Source: Eimeria praecox
Lineage: Eukaryota
Reading direction: 5' to 3'
Assembly (NCBI GenBank): GCA_963920595.1
Contig: OY986947.1
Coordinates: 4,774,001 to 4,838,000 of the forward strand
DNA length: 64,000 nt
In this document: one piece after another, positions 54,701 to 64,000 of the stretch
How positions within the stretch are numbered: the first letter of the stretch is position 1
Layout of the letters: each line of letters starts with the position of its first letter
Translations under genes and position numbers: made by a program
The notes under the pieces: generated by a model
The model's database searches: none
What the model was told of the DNA's origin: nothing
Seen by the model: only the letters and a program-made list of their open reading frames with translations

Positions 54701-55082
54701 GAGCGATTTTATAGACTTCCTTAAAGGTAAGATTAAACCCAACCCCCCTGACCCCTACACTGGGCGGCTGTGCTTAGTGATGAGCACAGACACACGCACA
54801 CACACATACATACATACATGCATGCACACACATACACACACACGCACACGCTCACACACAGTGTAATGCTCTGCTGGTAAGTGGCTTGCTATCCTCCTGC
54901 GGCAGCAACCACTACTGCTGTGCCCGAGCACACCCTGTGTTGTGTCTGCTGTCGGTTCTGCTGCCCTCCCTCTCCCAGGCTGTCTGCGTTGGGATGCCGA
55001 TGACCGCTTGACGCCTCGCGAGGCCCTTCAACATCCCTGGCTTAAAAATGTGCGCGTGTCCCGAGAGCGCAGGGAAGAGTAG
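50934..55082 (+). CDS. Class-2 DYRK (DYRK2/3/4-like) dual-specificity kinase; exons 50934-54726 and 54979-55082
   Basis: NAPA-like LTPWERSEVLEYPTVWYWG, DH box FCDAKGDY..HDHICYRF, GTGSFG, VALK, HCDLKPEN, DFGSSC, YIQSRYYRAPE, DMWSLGC. Intron 54727-54978 (GTAAG...CCCAG) joins DFLK|GCLRWDADDRLTPREALQHPW. Confidence 0.95.
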
Positions 55083-57572
55083 ACAGAGTAGATGGCCTTC
55101 CGGCAGCTGTCTACCATGGCATTGCAAGTGGTTTTGCAGGTAGTGCTGCAGCTGATGCTGCCGCGGGTGCTGCAGCTCACTGCGTGCTGTATAGGGTTGC
55201 TGAACGAAGGCTTCTATGGAGGCGAATGAGAAGCAGCAGAACATATGGTATTGCTGCTCCTCCTGGCAGTGCAGGGAGCCACGGCTTGCTGCTTGCTCAT
55301 TTAGTGCTTACAGTGCTGAATGGTGCATGCGTTGTTCGCATGCAGGCTTGAAGTGAAGCCCCGTGCTAAAGAATAAATGCACAGCACTGCGCGCAGAGTG
55401 TCTGCTGCCCGGCTCCCGTTGAGGCGTATGGATGTGGGCGTTGGCACTTGCAGCTTCGGCTGCCATTTTCTTTTGGCACGTGTTATTTTCATTTTGAGAT
55501 TTTGTCTGTCCATACACCTATGTATTTGACTGTAGACTGCAGTAACGGAAGCAGATCATTGCTGCTGCTCGATGGAAGGGGCCGTGCACACGATGTTGCG
55601 CTCGTAGTACAAAGGAAAGGGAAGGCAGACACGCATAAGCGTAGCAGTGAGATTGCCACTACAGGAAGCCTGCTGGTGATCTGCGTAGACCTGCTTGTGA
55701 AATTAGCTGCAACTGCTTTCGAGGGTGTTGGGAAGTGAGTACCCCGGCATGTCGGGCAAATATAGAACGGCTAGCAGGTTCGTCCGTTTGCGTTGAATTC
55801 GTGCCTCAGTGCACATACACAGGCTCAGGTGAGCCTGTGTATCGTTGCTTGAGGCCCGTACAACCCCTGCTGATAAGGGGAGCAAACGTGTGCGGGAGCA
55901 CGGAGTCACAGAAAAATCTGTGAGGAGGAGGACGGTGGTCACCCCAGTGGGAGTGACGCTGCTAGGGCTGTATGGTTTAATTAAATGCGCACACTTGCTT
56001 GCAGACTGTGGATATTAAGCAGTGCAAACTCAAGCAAAGGCTGCAATGCGGCAGAGCTGCCGCACAGTGACATAGCCACATCGAAGGAGATGGGCTAGTG
56101 GCTGCACTGAAACTTCTTAAGAGAAGTGGGTGTAGCGTGTGCATCCCTGTACCAAACGCAGCTAAATGTGTTCACTGCGTCTGCGTTGACAACAAATCGG
56201 CGGTTAGTTATTCTATCGACTCGCTCCCTGCACAATAAAGGTGGACATGCGCTGAAGGGCTCTGAGAAACGCCCCTGAGCCTCTTACGCAGCCTTATCAG
56301 ACGTTTACAATCTCTGCTACTGTTTTTAACTCCTGCCATTTATTGACTGAGACTCCTCAAGAGGGTGGGTATCACCCTAGCAGACCGTAGACTCGCTTGA
56401 ACCCGCTTATATGAGCCCCAGTTTAATCAGAAAACAAAAGGAAGGAACGACTTCATTCACGGCAGAATCCAGGCACATAGCTGCCCATCTCACGAACACA
56501 CAATTGAGTGAACCCTAAGCAAGCATGGAGAGTCCACACCCATCTGTTACTCCACTTGGGTTAAGCATAAGCATTTTGCGGCGGAGCAGACTATTTCATG
56601 ATTCGTAGGCACGTTGCCGTTGTTTGCTCGAATATACCCATTGGGTTCACGCTACCCACCAATTGCCGCTGCCGCAGCTAGCAAGCCGCCATAAGCACCA
56701 TCCTTTATAAAAAGAGAAAATGCACTTATAGCACACATCCATAAACAGGGACAACACAAGGATGACCAACAGACTGCCTCTCCCAGTGCTTCTGCAGCAC
56801 CCTAGCCTTGCTCAAGTGCATGATCAGCATACCAGCATTCATCGTCACAAGCCTGTACTTCACCGTGCCACGTTTGCCGCAATACAATGTTTGAATGCAC
56901 TGCCGTTGTCATTCCACACACCAGGTTGTAGTTAATAGATGAACACTAAGTGCAACGATCATAATATTTAATGCATCACCGAATATACTTGAAATCCGCT
57001 TCTGCGTTGCCGCGAAATCCTGTCGCTAAGCCCATTCTTGCAAGGAGCTCCCATCACATTATCGTGGCCTACATGGAATGCTCGCAAGTCTCAAGAACCC
57101 ACAGTGCTAAGGCACATCGCAAGAAAAAACACACTTGGGAGCCTCAAGCGGCCGGTGCACAAGCGGCGCAGACAAGCTGCCTGAGTGTCCGACACTCCCG
57201 ATTTGCCCAAGCAGACGTTTCGAAATTTCAAGGCATATAAACCCCGAGCCTTGCTTCATTTTCTACGCAGAAATGTGCAACACTACACCCCTCCAAATCC
57301 TCACCAAAGGAGATGTGCAGGCTCAACTCACTCCCTCAAGAATCTGTAAAAGCCCAGCCACACTCTAACAAGGCAATTCTGCTTGAGTTACACAGCATCC
57401 CTTCTGCTAGCCCACAATCGGAGGGATATCACCAGTTATACAGCCGTACTAACCTACCTTAAAAACTGCCGCAGGGCGCCAGTGCATCTAACAACATCGT
57501 ACCTGGAATACCCAAGAGTTCGTTTCTTGTAATAAGGCGAGCATCACATTCGCTTGCCATATAACTACCGTG

Positions 57573-57694
<122 letters not shown>

Positions 57695-60489
57695 AACTCC
57701 CGTGTGCGCTCTACTGCCAGGTTTCGCCACCGGTGCTTTTCAACCGCGAGATAACCTTTCTGCCAGCAAATGCATACGAAGAACGTTTTGCGCACAATGC
57801 ATGTTTGCACATCCAAGAGAGGACGCCCTATATTACAATTACCACGGATCCTCTTTTCTATGCTCTCACATGTCCTAGCTAAATGTTTTCTACGCAATGG
57901 AAGGGCGCGGGGATTGTTGACAGGACCCTTCCGCCTGAGCCCCACATCTGAAGGCATTACCAAAATTCTCTCTCAAGTCTTTTATAATTGCAGTTGCAGA
58001 TAGACACTTAATTCCTCCAAATCTCAACACCGCTGCCAGTGCCGTGTCCACATACTGCCTTAGCATCCTATAAACCAGCAGAGCCAAGGAACTTCCCATG
58101 CAATCCTGTGGCGCGCGTAGCGAGAATCGTCTCAAGTTCTAGCCATCAGTGCTAACAAAGATTTATCCCCACCCCTACTCATAAATTTCTGAACAATATC
58201 TTTGCGGCCCCTAACCATGAAACGTGCATTTTCATGCTCCATTGTTATCTGCCACTTTCTCCACAACCGGCTATTCACAGGATTGCCACGCACTTCCTCC
58301 GATAGCTGTAAGATGGCCAGAGCAAACCAGCACCGCAAGGTAACATCAAGCCCCACCCAGGGTGCCACCCCACATGCAACATAAATATTGGCATCTGGAC
58401 AGACTGCATTATATTGCCTGCTTAGGTGTCTGCGAGATCAACCGCTTTCTTTGTCATATATGCCGCATGGGCCATGCAGCCAAAATTCCAACCCCAAAGC
58501 CACATGGCCATCTGGCAGGGGCTCACTAGAGACCACAATCAAAGCTGCGATATCCAGAAGCAGGCGTGCCTTTGTAGTTGGTCTGCACAACCGCTGTGGC
58601 AGTGGAGCTCTGTAGCTGTTCCCACATTCGTTGCAATTCGTCGGAGGCGATTCTACCAAGCCTGAAATTGGCTCAAGGGACAATATATGTGGATCCACGC
58701 AGATTCGTACCCATCCGGCACCCGCAGCTCGCACGTACCCCCTTGACGAGCTGCAGAAATCGCGCATCGCATATCCCCATGCATTTTTTGAGCCCGCCTG
58801 CAAATCATTGTTGCTCTATTCGGATGTAATTTTAGCTCATTAACCTCAGAAACCACCAATAAAGCCAATGCGTGCCCTACAGAAATCTCCAGAACAACAG
58901 AAAACGCAGATCAGCCCAGCTAAACTAAAGTGCCTTCATCATCATCATCATGTGCAGCTTCACGTTCCGCGCATTGCTCGTTTACAATGGAATGCCTACA
59001 CGGCCTCCAGCCACACACTCAAAACACCTCATAGTGGAAGTTCTATATTTCGCAGCATGCCAAAAGGCCTGCATCGTAGTGTCTTAATCTCAGGCGGGTT
59101 TTGAAACCCGAATGCTCACCACTTGTTTACCGTCATGATATCATATGGAAAATAGCCTCCATACCCTCGAGCAATCTATCCAAACGCCCTATACATAATC
59201 ATCCAAACACACACTGGCGTATTACTCCTGTTTTCAATACCCCACGTTGCTGCATGCACTCGCAAGTGCGTCAGTAAAATGAACAAATCCTCGGAAACCC
59301 ATTATTGAATTGAATACGCACTTCCTCCAGATCCTGAAGAATGACCGCAAGAAATTCCAAAATTCAATATTGTGAGGCATTCGAAATGGTTTATCGCAAA
59401 CCGACGCTTCATAGTATGCACGCTATACAAAATACTTGAGACCCACACCGTTGTTGGCCTTCGGCGGGAACAGGAAAGCACAGCAGGTATCGCCAGCAGT
59501 CGTTTTTGTACCGGGACAAACTACCGTCTCCAAGGAAGGCTACTCCGGCTTGCACTAGACGCTAGCAGTCCCGGCCACCGTTGCCAACCATCGGTAACAC
59601 CTTCTTTAGGCAGGAAATGCTTAACACTCAATTAACTCGCTAGAAAGAGTCGCGGCAGCTCTGCCGGGCAGCTGAAGCTCCATGCCCACTGATATGTCAG
59701 TCAGGCGTGGCCAACCCTTCACGCCTCTGTGTCGCTGCAGAGGTTTGTCACCCGCACGCATCCAGGTACTGAATACAACTCAACAGTAACACTCATCATA
59801 CGTACACACCTATCAACCGCCAACCACAAACATTCACAACTACCACAGCCATCTCTACGACAGCGGCTCGAACAATAAGTGTCGTGCCCACCCAGGTCCT
59901 AATCACTCTTAAAAGGACAATCAATTAAATCCAAGAGCCACTCCATCTGCACACCGTTGCTCCTCAATGCCTCCAAAAGGACGCGTACTAATCCTCAAGC
60001 TCCCTCATCTACGCATCTGCTCTCTCAACTCCTCTGCCGCTCACAGCATACAAGGCCAGTATCTCCCTCCTCCCGCCAGCATCAAAGCGTTAGTCCCCCG
60101 CCACTGTCAGTACATTATTACACCAACCCAAGCCTGCCTCATCCATTACCATAGGCAAACGCCAATAGGCGCACTCCCAATCACCACTTCACGACCCGCC
60201 CAACGTAGGCACTTTTTCCTTTGCACCCCAAACGGTCTTGGCACAAACGAACACAACCCACCCACCAACATCGAAAAACCGCAACATCGCACACCATCAT
60301 GGCCATACCACTCGCCCTAACACAAAGAACTCCGCACAAAACCAAGCGCACCACATACGTCCTAGACAACCTCCCCAAACCACCATCACTCCAGCAAATA
60401 CGTACACATCACACACTCCCCTCCATACTAAACTCCCGGCTCCGCCCTCGCACATTTTTTATTGCACTCCACAAACCGCCACTCGCCTC

Positions 60490-63400
60490 TCCACAAAGCA
60501 CCTCAAACCACAAACCCAAATGCACTAACTAGCGCATCTACCATCCCCCCACCACACCCAATCATCCCTCATTAGCGGGAAACTCCCAACGCACAGGCTC
60601 AGTTGACTGGACAAGTCCCCCAACACACACAACCAAACCATGCAACTCGCCAACCCTACATACGTATCACGAATTCTAATTCCACGTAAACACCACCCAC
60701 GCAACGCCTAACCAACCTCCCATATGCATGTGCTATGAACCCTGCTTCCGCCCACACCAAACACAAAATCAGCTGCACCTCAAATCACCTACGGCCCCAA
60801 TGAAACCAAATAATACACAAATCTGTCAGCCTCAACAACAATCAAACACACCGATGCTAACAAGGAGTGTCCTGTCCACGCACTTTCTCCTCCTTCTGAA
60901 ACAGAATATCAAATAAGCCACCCGCAAGTCCATTCCACACTCACATCCATCCTTGTACTGCAGTGCGCTTAAATGCACAAAGTCACCACACGCCCCCCCA
61001 CAAAGCACCTCAAACCTCCAATACTAACCAAGAAAATGCTGAGCAAGTCCCCCAACACACACAACTAAACCTTGCAACTCCCTAACTCTACATACGGATT
61101 ACGAATTCTAATTCCACATAAACACCACACACGCAACGACTAACCAACCTCCCATATGCATGTGCTATGAACCCTGCTTCCGCCCACACCAAACACAAAA
61201 TCAGCTGCACCTCAGATCACCTACGGCCCCAATGAAACCAAATAATATACAAATCTGTCAGCCTCAACAACAATCAAACACACCGATGCTAACAAGGAGT
61301 GTCCTGTCCACACACTTTATCCTCCTTCTGAAACAGAATATCAAATAAGCCACCCGCAAGTCCATTCCACACTCACATCCATCCTTGTACTGCCGTGCGC
61401 TTAAGTGCACAAAGTCACCACACGCCCCCCCACAAAGCACCTCAAACCTCCAATACTAACCAAGAAAATGCTGAGCAAGTCCCCCAACACACACAACTAA
61501 ACCTTGCAACTCCCTAACTGTACATACGGATTACGAATTCTAATTCCACGTAAACACCACCCACGCAACGCCTAACCAACCTCCCATATGCATGTGCTAT
61601 GAACCCTGCTTCCGCCCACACCAAACACAAAATCAGCTGCACCTCAAATCACCTACGGCCCCAATGAAACCAAATAATACACAAATCTGTCAGCCTCAAC
61701 AACAATCAAACACACCGATGCTAACAAGGAGTGTCCTGTCCACACACTTTCTCCTCCTTCTGAAACAGAATATCAAATAAACCACCCGCAAGTCCATTCC
61801 ACACTCACATCCATGCTTGTTGCCGTGCGCTTAAGTGCACAAAGTCACCACACGCTCCCCCACAAAGCACACCAAACCACCAATACTAACCAAGAAAATG
61901 CTGAGCAGGTCCTCCAACACACACAACCAAACCATGCAATTCCCTAACCCCACATAAGCATCGCGAATTCTAATTCCACGTAAACACCACACACGCAACG
62001 ACTAACCAACCTCCCATATGCATGTGCTATGCCCACTCCTCTCGCCCACATCAAACGCAAAATCAGCTGCACCTCAAATCACCTACGGCCCCAAAGAAAC
62101 CAAATCATACACAAACCTGTCAGCCTCAACAACAATCAAACACACCGATGCTAACAAGGAGTGTCCTGTCCACCCACTTTCTCCTCCGTCTGAAACAGAA
62201 TATCAAATAAACCACCCGCAAGTCCATTCCACACTCACATCCATCCTTGTACTGCCGTGCGCTTAAATGCACAAAGTCACCACACGCCCCCCCACAAAGC
62301 ACCTCAAACCTCCAATACTAACCAAGAAAATGCTGAGCAAGTCCCCCAACACACACAACTAAACCTTGCAACTCCCTAACTCTACATACGGATTACGAAT
62401 TCTAATTCCACATAAACACCACACACGCAACGACTAACCAACCTCCCATATGCATGTGCTATGAACCCTGCTTCCGCCCACACCAAACACAAAATCAGCT
62501 GCACCTCAGATCACCTACGGCCCCAAAGAAACCAAATAATACACAAACCTGTCAGCCTCAACAACAATCAAACACACCGATGCTAACAAGGAGTGCCCTG
62601 TCCACACACTTTCTCCTCCTTCTGAAACAGAATATCAAATAAACCACCCGCAAGTCCATTCCACACTCTCATGCATCCTTGTACTGCCGTGCGCTTAAGT
62701 GCACAAAGTCACCACACGCCCCCCCACAAAGCACCTCAAACCTCCAATACTAACCAAGAAAATGCTGAGCAAGTCCCCCAACACACACAACTAAACCTTG
62801 CAACTCCCTAACTCTACATAGCATCACGAATTCTAATTCCACATAAACACCACACACGCAACGACTAACCAACCTCCCATATGCATGTGCTATGCCCACT
62901 CCTCTCGCCCACATCAAACCCAAAATCAGCTGCACCTCAAATCACCTACGGCCCCAAAGAAACCAAATAATACACACATCTGTCAGCCTCAACAACAATC
63001 ACACACACCGATGCTAACAAGGAGTGTCCTATCCACGCACTTTCTCCTCCTTCTGAAACAGAATATCAAATAAACCACCCGCAAGTCCATTCCACACTCA
63101 CATCCATCCTTGTACTGCAGTGCGCTTAAACGCACAAAGTCACCACACGCTCCCCCACAAAGCACATCAAACCACCAATACTAACAAAAAATAGAACCCA
63201 TATACCACCCTGCCAACACACCCAATCATCTTTCATTAGCGGTAAACAACGCACAGGCTCAGTTGGCTGAGAAAGTCCCCCAACACACACAACCAAACCA
63301 TGCAACTCCCCAATCCTACATACGTATCACGAATTCTAATTCCACGTACACACCACCCACGCAACGCCTAACCAACCTCCCATATGCATGTGCTATGCCC

Positions 63401-64000
63401 ACTCCTGTCGCCTACACTAAACACAAAATCAGCTGCACCTCAAATCACCTACGGCCCCAAAGAAACCAAATAATACACAAACCTGTCAGCCTCAACAACA
63501 ATCAAACACACCGATGCTAACAAGGAGTGTCCTGTCCACCCACTTTCTCCTCCGTCTGAAACAGAATATCAAATAAACCACCCGCAAGTCCATTCCACAC
63601 TCACATGCATCCTTGTACTGCAGTGCGCTTAAATGCACAAAGTCACCACACGCTCCCCCACAAAGCACCTCAAGCCTGCAATACTAACCAAGAAAATGCT
63701 GAGCAAGTCCCCCAACACACACAACTAAACCTTGCAACTCTCTAACTCTACATACGCATCACGAATTCTAATTCCACATAAACACCACACACGCAACGAC
63801 TAACCAACCTCCCATATGCATGTGCTATGAACCCTGCTTCCGCTCACACCAAACACAAAATCAGCTGCAACTCAAATCACCTACGGCCCCAAAGAAACCA
63901 AATAATACACAAATCTGTCAGCCTCAACAACAATCAAACACACCGATGCTAACAAGGAGTGTCCTGTCCACACACTTTCTCCTCCTTCTGAAACAGAATA
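60490..64000. repeat. Tandem satellite, ~432-bp unit, about 8 copies, running off the window end
   Basis: GAATTC sites at 60671, 61103, 61535, 61965, 62397, 62828, 63331, 63763 (spacings 432, 432, 430, 432, 431, 503, 432). Units are near-identical and C/A-rich, G-poor on the + strand. Confidence 0.97.

Noticed and set aside
60728..63073. 62-aa ORF (MCYEPCFRPHQ...) repeated in six satellite units, or a CRISPR-like array
   Set aside because: Differences between copies are largely amino-acid changing and base skew depletes stops. Units are long and near-identical with no unique spacers, in a eukaryotic context.

Overview
Eukaryotic, intron-rich DNA with the hallmark composition of an Eimeria-type coccidian (Apicomplexa) genome: CAG/CTG repeats encoding homopolymeric amino-acid runs, interstitial AAACCCT (TTTAGGG) telomere-like arrays and TGCATGCA octamers. 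Most ORFs in the track are repeat artefacts. Splicing exons by eye gives eight genes: an SdsA1/BDS1-type alkyl sulfatase (-), GRWD1/Rrb1 (-, 13 exons), a KIF-binding protein (KBP) homologue (-), a small basic putatively mitochondrial protein (-), APC6/Cdc16 (+), Mediator MED18 (-), a CGRRF1/MGRN1-like RING E3 ligase (+) and a class-2 DYRK kinase (+). The window also holds a decayed Ty3/gypsy (chromovirus-like) pol and ends in a ~432-bp tandem satellite with a higher-order variant. The most notable observations are: (1) seven 210-280-nt introns in five genes that start with a (AAACCCT)n array fused to a weak GTAAAC donor and end with the complementary (AGGGTTT)n array just before the acceptor, a candidate telomere-repeat intron-bridging system; (2) a frame break in KBP exactly at an A_AAA_AAC -1 slippery heptamer (real frameshift or assembly error); (3) a probably bacterially derived, membrane-anchored alkyl sulfatase. 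Family calls rest on recalled motifs, not database searches. Exon boundaries are by-eye estimates.
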